A stretch of DNA of 32,000 nt from an uncultured archaeon (lineage in GTDB: Archaea; Iainarchaeota; Iainarchaeia; Iainarchaeales; 0-14-0-20-30-16). Of the stretch, positions 17,650 through 25,101 are shown one piece after another. Under the pieces are notes generated by a model. It had not been told where the DNA came from and did not search any database. It was given only the letters and a program-made list of their open reading frames with translations. The translations under genes were made by a program, and so were the position numbers. The stretch covers positions 14,481 to 46,480 of the forward strand of contig CAZMGA010000002.1 in NCBI GenBank assembly GCA_964565725.1. Reading direction: 5' to 3'. Position 1 is the stretch's first letter. Each line of letters opens with the position of its first letter.

Positions 17650-18015
17650 ATGCCACAATTTGTAAAATTTGAAATGCCAGAAGAATTAACTAAAAATGTT
17701 GTTGAATTTTTAGGAAATGCTTCAAAAACAGGAAAAATAAGAGCTGGAGTTAATGAAGTAACTAAATTTATAGAAAGAGGTCAAGCAAAATTAGTTGTTT
17801 TAGCTGAAGATGTTACTCCTGAAGAATTATTAATACACATTCCAATCTTATGTAAAGAAAAAAAAATACCTTTTGCATACATGAAAGAAAAAAAAGCTTT
17901 AGGTACAGCTTGTAATTTAAAAGTTGGTACTTCTTGTATTGCTGTTTTAAATGAAGGTGTAGCAAAAAAAGAATTAGATGCAATTGTAAAAACTATTTCA
18001 GAATTAATAAAATAA
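17650..18015 (+). CDS. rpl7ae: 50S ribosomal protein L7Ae (eL8, K-turn binding)
   Basis: 121 aa with G.NEVTK.IERG.AKLVVLAEDV.P.E...H.P.LC.EK.IP. GGAGGG SD. Confidence 0.93.
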   Translation: MPQFVKFEMPEELTKNVVEFLGNASKTGKIRAGVNEVTKFIERGQAKLVVLAEDVTPEELLIHIPILCKEKKIPFAYMKEKKALGTACNLKVGTSCIAVLNEGVAKKELDAIVKTISELIK

Positions 18016-18029
18016 ATAAGGTGATTTAA

Positions 18030-18248
18030 ATGGCTGATGAAGAATATGGTACACCTGCTGAAGTAGTGAATGTAATAAAAAGAACAGGAGTATCTGGAGA
18101 AGTAACTCAGGTTTTGTGTAAAATTTTAGATGGTAATGAAAAAGGAAGAATAAAAAGAAGAAATGTTAAAGGTAGAGTAAAGAAAGGCGATATTTTAACA
18201 TTGTTAAATACACAAAAAGAAGCAAAAGATATTTCTGCAAGAAGGTGA
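18030..18248 (+). CDS. rps28e: 30S ribosomal protein eS28
   Basis: 72 aa: TPAEVVNVIKRTGVSGEVTQVLCKILDG...GRIKRRNVKG.VKKGDIL.L. Confidence 0.92.
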   Translation: MADEEYGTPAEVVNVIKRTGVSGEVTQVLCKILDGNEKGRIKRRNVKGRVKKGDILTLLNTQKEAKDISARR

Positions 18249-18254
18249 TTGAAA

Positions 18255-18428
18255 ATGAAATGTCACTATTGTAATAAAGAAATACCTGAAGGTACAGGTA
18301 TATTGTTTGTAAAAAAAGATGGAACTTCTTATAACTTTTGTAGTTCAAAGTGTGAAAAAAATATGTTGAAATTAAAGAGAAAAGCATCAAAAACTATTTG
18401 GGCACACAAAGAAAAGAAAAAGAAATAA
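18255..18428 (+). CDS. rpl24e: 50S ribosomal protein eL24 (zinc finger), missed by ORF track
   Basis: Hand translation gives 57 aa: MKCHYCNKEIPEGTGILFVKKDGTSYNFCSSKCEKNMLKLKRKASKTIWAHKEKKKK. AGGTGA SD. Conserved L7Ae-S28e-L24e order. Confidence 0.9.
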   Translation: MKCHYCNKEIPEGTGILFVKKDGTSYNFCSSKCEKNMLKLKRKASKTIWAHKEKKKK

Positions 18429-18440
18429 AAGGTGAGTTCT

Positions 18441-20180
18441 TTGATACGTTCGCCTATTGTTGTTGTTGGAGGTCATGTAGATCATGGCAAAACAACATTA
18501 TTAGATTATTTAAGAGGTTCTTTAATTGCTGAAAAAGAAGCAGGAAGAATTACACAACATATAGGTGCAACAGAAATACCTTTAAGTTTAATACAAACTT
18601 TGTCTGGAGAATTATTAAATAAATATGGTTTTAATTTAAAAATTCCTGGATTATTATTTATAGATACTCCTGGACATGAAGCATTTTCTTCTTTAAGAAA
18701 AAGAGGTTGTAGTATTGCTGATATAGGTGTATTAGTAATTGATATTTTACAAGGTATTCAACCACAAACAATTGAAGTAATAAATTTTTTAAAAGAAAAT
18801 AAAGTACCTTTTGTTGTTGCTTTAACTAAAATTGATAAAATAAAAGGTTATGAAAAAAAACAAATATCTGAATTATTAAAAGAAATTAATAATTCGCAAA
18901 CTATGTTTGCACAAGAATTTAATAGAAATATTTATTCTATAATGAGTAAATTTTCAGAATTAGGTTTTGATTCTGATAGATTTGATAATGTTTTAGATTT
19001 TACAAAAAAAATTTTGTTAATACCTGTTAATTCAAAAGAAGGTTTTGGAATTCCTGAATTATTATTATTCTTAGCAGGATTATCTCAAAAATTTTTAGAA
19101 AAAAATTTAGCATTAAATGTAGAAGGAAATGGAAAAGCAGTAGTTTTAGAAACTAATGAAATAAAAGGCTTTGGAAAAACAGCAGATATTATTTTATATG
19201 ATGGAAAAATGTTGAAAAATGATTTAGTAAAAATAGATACATCAAATAATTATAATATTGCAAAAATAAAACAACTATTAAGACCTAAACCTTTAACAGA
19301 TTTAAGAACTGTAAAAACTGGATTTATGTCTGTTGATGAAGTATATGCTGCAATAGGATTAAAGATTGCTTTATCAGATTCAAATTTAATAAATGCTGGT
19401 GATGAATTAACAGTAATATCTGAAGAAGAATCAAAACAATTAGAATGTACAAAAAAATGTATTACTACATTAAAAGAAAAAGGGGTAGTTGTTAAAGTAG
19501 ATACAGAAGGTTCATTAGATGCTTTCATAGAATTAGCAAAAAAAAATAATGTTAATATAGGTAAAATATGTTGTGGAAATGTGTCCAAAGAAGATATTTT
19601 AGAAGCTAAATTATTTTCAAAAGATGATTTTTTATATGGCGTAATATTTGCCTTTAATTTAAAAATTAATCCTGAAATAGAACAATATGCAAAAGAACAG
19701 AACATAAAAATATTTGAATCAAATGTAATTTATAAATTATTTGAAGATTACCTTAAATGGTCAAAAACAGAAATTGAAAGTAAAAAAAATCAAGAATTAA
19801 AAGATATTAAATATCCTGCAAAAGTGGAAATATTTAAAGATTGTGTATTTAGAAAATCAAAACCTTGTGTTTTGGGTGTAAAAATTTTAGATGGTGTTTT
19901 AAAACCAAATACAAAAATAGTTTACAATAATAAAATTATTGGTACATTAAAACAAATGCAAATAGATGGGAAAGTAGTTAATGAAGCTAAAAAAAATGCA
20001 GAATTAGCAATTTCTTTTGATGATATTAGCTTTGAAAAAGATATAGATTTAAATGTAACCAATATATTTTATACATATATACCTACTTCGCAAAGGAGTA
20101 ACGTTGAAAAATATTTAAAAACAGAATTTCCTGATTTAATTGAGGAAATTAAAGATATTTATTTAAATTCAAACATATAG
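18441..20180 (+). CDS. infB: Translation initiation factor aIF5B (IF-2)
   Basis: RSPIVVVGGHVDHGKTTLLD, DTPGH and TKIDK GTPase motifs. Start is ambiguous: TTG 18441, five nt after AAGGTGA, is preferred over GTG 18432 inside the SD. Confidence 0.88.
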   Translation: MIRSPIVVVGGHVDHGKTTLLDYLRGSLIAEKEAGRITQHIGATEIPLSLIQTLSGELLNKYGFNLKIPGLLFIDTPGHEAFSSLRKRGCSIADIGVLVIDILQGIQPQTIEVINFLKENKVPFVVALTKIDKIKGYEKKQISELLKEINNSQTMFAQEFNRNIYSIMSKFSELGFDSDRFDNVLDFTKKILLIPVNSKEGFGIPELLLFLAGLSQKFLEKNLALNVEGNGKAVVLETNEIKGFGKTADIILYDGKMLKNDLVKIDTSNNYNIAKIKQLLRPKPLTDLRTVKTGFMSVDEVYAAIGLKIALSDSNLINAGDELTVISEEESKQLECTKKCITTLKEKGVVVKVDTEGSLDAFIELAKKNNVNIGKICCGNVSKEDILEAKLFSKDDFLYGVIFAFNLKINPEIEQYAKEQNIKIFESNVIYKLFEDYLKWSKTEIESKKNQELKDIKYPAKVEIFKDCVFRKSKPCVLGVKILDGVLKPNTKIVYNNKIIGTLKQMQIDGKVVNEAKKNAELAISFDDISFEKDIDLNVTNIFYTYIPTSQRSNVEKYLKTEFPDLIEEIKDIYLNSNI

Positions 20181-20192
20181 GAGAGTGTTTAA

Positions 20193-20573
20193 ATGATAAT
20201 TACATTATCAAATCCAAAAACATCAAAAAGTTATAAAATAAAAACTACAGAACCTGTATTTATTAATAAAAAATTAGGTGAAGAAGTAGATTTAAGTCCT
20301 TTAAATTTAAAAGGTAAGGCAAAGATTACAGGAGGATCTACAAAAACAGGTTTTCCAATGGTTCCTTTTATTGAAGGTTTAAAAAATAAAACTGTTTTAT
20401 TATCTGATGGTTTAGGTTTTAAAGCTAAATTCAAAGGTGAAAAGAGAAGAAAAACAGTAGCTGGTAATATTATTTCCGAAGATATAGAACAAGTAAATTT
20501 GAAAATTATTGATATTGATAGTTCTTTAAATTTAGATGAAATGTTTCCTAAAGAAGCTAAAGAGAAAAAATAA
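20193..20573 (+). CDS. rps6e: 30S ribosomal protein eS6
   Basis: 126 aa: ..ITGGSTKTGFPM..........LLSDG.GFK....GEKRRKTV.GN.I. Confidence 0.9.
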   Translation: MIITLSNPKTSKSYKIKTTEPVFINKKLGEEVDLSPLNLKGKAKITGGSTKTGFPMVPFIEGLKNKTVLLSDGLGFKAKFKGEKRRKTVAGNIISEDIEQVNLKIIDIDSSLNLDEMFPKEAKEKK

Positions 20574-20584
20574 CTAGTGATCAT

Positions 20585-21772
20585 ATGAATATTCCTTTAC
20601 AATCTGAATTAAATATAGGTGTTATTGGTCATGTAGATCATGGTAAAACAGCATTAACTAGAATGTTAACCGGAAAATGGGCTGATACTCATTCAGAAGA
20701 AATAAAAAGAGGAATATCTATAAGATTAGGTTATGCAGATATAGTTTTTAAAAAGATTCCTAATGCTAATGGTTTTGAAGCATATACTACAGAAAATGAA
20801 GTTAATGGTAAAGAAACAAAACCCATTAAAAGAATTTCTTTTGTTGATTCTCCTGGCCATGAAAGTTTAATGGCTACTATGTTAAGTGGAGTAGCTATAA
20901 TTAATTGTGCTATTTTAGTTGTTGCTGCAAATGAAAAGTGTCCTCAACCAAGAACTATGGAACATTTATTGGCTGCAAAATATAGTAATATTAAAGATTT
21001 AATTGTTGTTCAAAATAAAATAGATTTAGTTTCAAAAGAAGATGCTAAAGAAAATTATGAACAAATAAAAAAGTTTTTATTAGATTTAGGTTATACTAAT
21101 GTACCTATAATTCCTGTTAGTGCAAATCAAGGAATTAATAAAGATGTTTTAATTTATGCTATTTGTAAATATTTTAATCCAAAACCACTTGAAAAAAATG
21201 ATGATATGCGAATGTATGTTGTTAGGTCTTTTGATGTTAATAAACCTGGAACACAAATTAAAGATTTAATTGGTGGAGTTATTGGAGGATCTATTATATC
21301 GGGTAAATTAAAAATAGGGGACAAAATAGATATAAGTATGGGTAATAAAATTTTAAATGCAGATGTTTTAAGTTTAAATACTGAATTTGGAATTATAAAA
21401 GAAGCTGGTCAAGGTGGATTAATTGCTATAGGAACATCTTTAGATCCTGCAATTACTCAAAATGATAAATTAAAAGGACAAATGGTTGCAATGCATAATA
21501 AATTGCCAAAACCATCTATGGATATTACTTTAGATTTACATATAGTTGAAAAATTATTAAATGAAGATTTAAAGAAACCTTTATTAATTAATGAAGCTAT
21601 TATAATTACTATTGGTACAGGAACTGCAATAGGTTCTGTTTCAAGTGTAAATAAAAATATAGTAAAATTTAATATGAGAAGCCCAATTGTGGCTTTGAAA
21701 AATCAAAAAGTATCATTAAGTAGAAAATCCTCTAATGGATGGAGATTGTATGGTTATGGAATCATTAGCTAG
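20585..21772 (+). CDS. eif2g: Translation initiation factor aIF2 gamma subunit
   Basis: NIGVIGHVDHGKT, DSPGHE and QNKIDL GTPase motifs plus domains II/III. Conserved position before PIN-Rpo7. Confidence 0.92.
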   Translation: MNIPLQSELNIGVIGHVDHGKTALTRMLTGKWADTHSEEIKRGISIRLGYADIVFKKIPNANGFEAYTTENEVNGKETKPIKRISFVDSPGHESLMATMLSGVAIINCAILVVAANEKCPQPRTMEHLLAAKYSNIKDLIVVQNKIDLVSKEDAKENYEQIKKFLLDLGYTNVPIIPVSANQGINKDVLIYAICKYFNPKPLEKNDDMRMYVVRSFDVNKPGTQIKDLIGGVIGGSIISGKLKIGDKIDISMGNKILNADVLSLNTEFGIIKEAGQGGLIAIGTSLDPAITQNDKLKGQMVAMHNKLPKPSMDITLDLHIVEKLLNEDLKKPLLINEAIIITIGTGTAIGSVSSVNKNIVKFNMRSPIVALKNQKVSLSRKSSNGWRLYGYGIIS

Positions 21773-22136
21773 AGTAGTTATAGACACTAGTGCATTAATT
21801 TTAATGTGCGAAGGTTATGATTTTTTCGACGCTGTTGAAAAAAATTATGGAAAAGTGGAATATTTAATTCCTACAAATGTAATTAAAGAAATTGAACATT
21901 TAGCAGAAAATAGTACAAAATATCAAAAGAATCTAAATTTCATTATGAGATTAATTCAAACAAAAAATATTCGTATAATTGAAACAGGTAATCCTAAACA
22001 ATATGCTGATGATGATTTGTTAAGTATGTCTGCTAGTTTATTTATTACTACTGATATGGAATTAGCAAAAAAATTAAAAGACCAAGGTAAAAAAGTATTT
22101 GTTTTAAAACAAAGAAGATATTATGATTATTATTAA
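21756..22136 (+). CDS. PIN-domain protein (Fcf1/Utp24-like, conserved neighbour of aIF2gamma)
   Basis: VVIDTSAL.., ..IKEIE.., YADDDLL and ITTDMELAKKL acidic quartet pattern. Start is either ATG 21756 or 21750. Overlaps the aIF2gamma end. Confidence 0.75.
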   Translation: MESLARVVIDTSALILMCEGYDFFDAVEKNYGKVEYLIPTNVIKEIEHLAENSTKYQKNLNFIMRLIQTKNIRIIETGNPKQYADDDLLSMSASLFITTDMELAKKLKDQGKKVFVLKQRRYYDYY

Positions 22137-22167
22137 TTAAATTTTAAAGGAGTTTTGAGGTGAATAA

Positions 22168-22782
22168 ATGTTTCAAATAGCTAACATTGAAGATGTTGTA
22201 GGTATTCCTCCAAGTATGTTAAATTCAGATTTAGATGTTGTAATAAAAGATCTTTTAAATGAAGAAAAAATAGGTAAAATTGACAAAGATATAGGAGTAG
22301 TATTAGGTGTAATAAAAGTAAATAAAACAGGTTTGGCGAAAGTATTACCTGGTGATAGTAATTCTTATGTTGATGTAGATTATTCTGTTTTATCTTTCAA
22401 ACCAGATTTACAAAATATTTATGAAGGTAAAATTAAAGAAATTGCTGAATTTGGTGCATTTGTGGATTTAGGTCCTTTTGATGCTTTAATTCATGTATCT
22501 CAATTAATGAATGATTTTGTTAATTATGATCCTGGAAACAAACAATTTGTAGGTAAAGAAACAAATAATGTTTTAGGTTTGAATGATAAAATTTTTGCAA
22601 GAATTGTAAGTGTTAGTTTCAAAAATAATGTAGTACAATCCAAAATAGGTTTAACTATGAGACAAATTGGTTTAGGAAAAGATGATTGGATTATAAAAGA
22701 AGTTAGTGATGAAGATAAACCAAAAAAAGAAGTAAAAGAAACAACTACTAAAAAATCCAAAAAAGGTGATAAGAATGTTTAA
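22168..22782 (+). CDS. rpoE: RNA polymerase subunit E' (Rpo7) with S1 domain and Lys-rich tail
   Basis: An N-terminal Rpb7-like domain, then an S1 fold (G.I.EI.EFGAFVDLGPFDALIHVSQL). GAGGTGA SD. Confidence 0.88.
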   Translation: MFQIANIEDVVGIPPSMLNSDLDVVIKDLLNEEKIGKIDKDIGVVLGVIKVNKTGLAKVLPGDSNSYVDVDYSVLSFKPDLQNIYEGKIKEIAEFGAFVDLGPFDALIHVSQLMNDFVNYDPGNKQFVGKETNNVLGLNDKIFARIVSVSFKNNVVQSKIGLTMRQIGLGKDDWIIKEVSDEDKPKKEVKETTTKKSKKGDKNV

Positions 22783-22975
22783 GATTTTAGCTTGTAAAAA
22801 ATGTGGTTATATAATAGATGATATAGAAAATCCACAAGAATGTCCAATTTGCCAAAATAAAAAATTTACAACATTTTGGAAAGGTAGTATAATTGTAACA
22901 GACCCTGAAAATTCAGAGGTTGCTAAAAAATTAAATTTAGAACAAAAAGGAAAATATGCTTTGAGAATTAATTAG
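22775..22975 (+). CDS. spt4: Transcription elongation factor Spt4 (formerly RpoE'')
   Basis: 66 aa: ACKKCGYII...CPICQN zinc ribbon followed by W.G..IV.DPE.SE.AK. ATG 22775 follows AAAGGTGA. 8-nt overlap with Rpo7. Confidence 0.85.
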   Translation: MFKILACKKCGYIIDDIENPQECPICQNKKFTTFWKGSIIVTDPENSEVAKKLNLEQKGKYALRIN

Positions 22976-22983
22976 GTGATTTT

Positions 22984-23316
22984 ATGAAATATCAAATTTT
23001 AGAACAAAAAGAAAATAAATTATTAAATAGAAAAGAATATTTAATAAAAATTAGCGATGTAGCTAAAACTCCTACAAGAGAAGAAGTTTGGAAACAATTT
23101 TCTGCAAAACAAGGTTTAGATGGAAAAAAATTGATAGTAGATACTTTTTTTAATGAATCTGGTTTAAGAGATGTAAAAGTATTTTTAAAATATTATGATG
23201 ATGAAAAATCTTTGAAAAGAATAGAGTTGAAAAATAATTTAAAAAAATATGATAAATTAAATCCAACTCCTAAAAAAGAAGAACCAAAAGCAGAAGACGC
23301 TCCTGTGGAAAATTAA
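22984..23316 (+). CDS. rps24e: 30S ribosomal protein eS24
   Basis: 110 aa: ..ENKLLNRKEY...I......TP.REEV... Confidence 0.88.
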   Translation: MKYQILEQKENKLLNRKEYLIKISDVAKTPTREEVWKQFSAKQGLDGKKLIVDTFFNESGLRDVKVFLKYYDDEKSLKRIELKNNLKKYDKLNPTPKKEEPKAEDAPVEN

Positions 23317-23327
23317 GGTGATATTGT

Positions 23328-23540
23328 ATGGCAGCTCAAAAAAAAGAAAGTAAAGGTAAAAAACAAAGTAAAAAAACAGTTAGAGTTAAAAAATCTGCAT
23401 TTTATAAATTAGATAAAGATAATGTAATAAAAACTAGAAAAACTTGTGTAAAATGTGGTGCAGGAGTATTTATGGCAGAACATAAAGATAGATACACTTG
23501 CGGTAAATGTGGTTATACTGAAATGAAAAAGAAGGAATAA
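23328..23540 (+). CDS. rps27ae: 30S ribosomal protein eS31 (S27ae)
   Basis: 70 aa: CVKCGAGVFMAEHKDRYTCGKCGYTE zinc ribbon preceded by a Lys-rich N-terminus. Confidence 0.9.
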   Translation: MAAQKKESKGKKQSKKTVRVKKSAFYKLDKDNVIKTRKTCVKCGAGVFMAEHKDRYTCGKCGYTEMKKKE

Positions 23541-23549
23541 ATCTATATG

Positions 23550-23576
23550 CCTTTCTTTCTTAAAATAAAAGAAAGG
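23550..23576 (+). terminator. 9-bp hairpin just after S27ae
   Basis: CCTTTCTTT-CTTAAAATA-AAAGAAAGG. A near copy of the 3' arm (AAAGAAAGA, 23592-23600) offers an alternative pairing. No T-tract follows directly, so terminator function is uncertain. Confidence 0.3.
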
Positions 23577-23602
23577 TCTACAGTCCACTCCAAAGAAAGA
23601 AT

Positions 23603-23645
23603 CCCAAACTGACTATAAGTCAATTGCATAGCAAATATGTTTGGG
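23603..23645 (+). other. Compact structured element (7-bp closing stem around two mini-hairpins), possible small RNA or 3' UTR structure
   Basis: CCCAAAC...GTTTGGG encloses TGACT-ATA-AGTCA and TTGC-ATA-GCAA and is followed by a T-rich run (23646-23666). No C/D, H/ACA or tRNA signature was recognised. Confidence 0.25.
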
Positions 23646-23674
23646 TTTAATTATTTTATTTTTTTGCTATTTTT

Positions 23675-24046
23675 ATGGTCTCTGAAGTAAAAATTAAAAC
23701 TGAATTATTAAATGAATTATTATTAGGTTGTAAAAATGTATATCCTAATGAATTCTTTGCATTATTAAGATCAAATAATAATGTTATTGATGAATATGTT
23801 GTTGTACCCATAATTTATCAAAATGAAAATTCTGTTTCTTATAGAACTGATTTATTACCATTGGGTTTTAAAATTTCTGGTTCTATACATTCACATCCAT
23901 CTGGTTCTAATATGCCTAGTGATGTGGATTTAAATAGTTTTATACATTTAGGTAATTATCATTTTATTATTAAATATCCTTTTAGATTTGAAGATATCGC
24001 TTGTTATGATTATGAGGGTAATAAAATAAATATAATATTTATTTAA
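23675..24046 (+). CDS. Stand-alone JAMM/MPN+ metalloprotease
   Basis: 123 aa. Upstream Glu (YPNEFFALL) plus GSIHSHPSGSNMPSDVDL, which is H-x-H-x7-S-x2-D. No SD. A/T-rich TATA-like block about 23 nt upstream suggests a leaderless mRNA. Confidence 0.8.
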   Translation: MVSEVKIKTELLNELLLGCKNVYPNEFFALLRSNNNVIDEYVVVPIIYQNENSVSYRTDLLPLGFKISGSIHSHPSGSNMPSDVDLNSFIHLGNYHFIIKYPFRFEDIACYDYEGNKINIIFI

Positions 24047-24096
24047 TTTTAATGATATATATATAAATTTTAATTTTATTTATTTATAGATTAAGA

Positions 24097-25050
24097 ATGA
24101 TTATATTAAATTTTATTTTTTTTGTAATTAGTTTATTTGTTCTAATTAAATGTGCTGATTATTGTATAAAATATTCTACTATTTTGGCAAGGATTTTTAG
24201 ATGGCCTGAATTTGTTGTAAGTTTTTTTATTGTTGCATTTATATCTGTTTTACCAGAAACAACTATTTCAGTTATTGCTGCATTAAATGGAGAGCCTGAA
24301 TTAGGGTTGGGTACTTTATTAGGTTCTAATGTTGCTGATTTAGCATTTGTATTTGGAGTTATTGCTTTAATTTCATATAATGGAGTAAAAGTAAAAAGTC
24401 AAATTTTGAGGAATAATTTTATTTATTTAATATTGTTAGCAGTGCCGTTAATATTAGGATTAGATGGTAAATTTTCAAGAATAGATGGTATAATATTAAT
24501 CATTTTTGGAATTATGTTTTATATTAGATTATATTTACAAAGTAATAGATTTCGTAAAAAATATAATTATATTAAAAGAGAACCATTTTTGAAAAGTTTA
24601 ATATTTTTAATATTAAGCCTAGGTATATTATTTTTAAGTGCTAATTTTACTGTAAAATTTGCAGTAAATTTGGCATATGAATTAAATTTTCCAACAATAC
24701 TAATTGGATTAACTATTTTAGCAATTGGTTCTTGTTTACCAGAATTAATATTTTCTATAAAAGCAGTTAGAGAAAATCGTTTTGATTTGGCATTAGGAGA
24801 TTTATTTGGTACTGTTATAACTGATATTACAATAGTTTTAGGATTAGTTGTTTTAATATCTCCATTTAGTTTTAATATTTATAATATATATGTTACAGGT
24901 GCTGCAATGTTATTTGCAGGAATATTTGTAATTATATTTATGAAAACTAATAAAACAATAACTAAATATGAAGGTTTATTTTTAATTTGCTTTTATTTGT
25001 TGTTTTTAGTAGTAGAATTTTTTATCAGTACCTATTTAGGATTAAAATAA
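24097..25050 (+). CDS. Ca2+/cation antiporter (CaCA family, NCX/YrbG-like)
   Basis: 317 aa, about 10 TM. Two alpha-repeats: LPETTISVIAAL..GLGTLLGSNVADL and GSCLPELIFSIKAV..ALGDLFGTVITDI. Confidence 0.85.
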   Translation: MIILNFIFFVISLFVLIKCADYCIKYSTILARIFRWPEFVVSFFIVAFISVLPETTISVIAALNGEPELGLGTLLGSNVADLAFVFGVIALISYNGVKVKSQILRNNFIYLILLAVPLILGLDGKFSRIDGIILIIFGIMFYIRLYLQSNRFRKKYNYIKREPFLKSLIFLILSLGILFLSANFTVKFAVNLAYELNFPTILIGLTILAIGSCLPELIFSIKAVRENRFDLALGDLFGTVITDITIVLGLVVLISPFSFNIYNIYVTGAAMLFAGIFVIIFMKTNKTITKYEGLFLICFYLLFLVVEFFISTYLGLK

Positions 25051-25101
25051 TTAAGATATATTTATATTATTCTTAGTATATTTTATATAATAGTGATTAT
25101 T

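Noticed and set aside
18166-22760. Minus-strand ORFs 18166-18390, 19250-19705, 20231-20584 and 22524-22760
   Set aside because: Each lies fully inside a confidently identified plus-strand gene (S28e/L24e, aIF5B, S6e, Rpo7). None has an SD or recognisable motifs.
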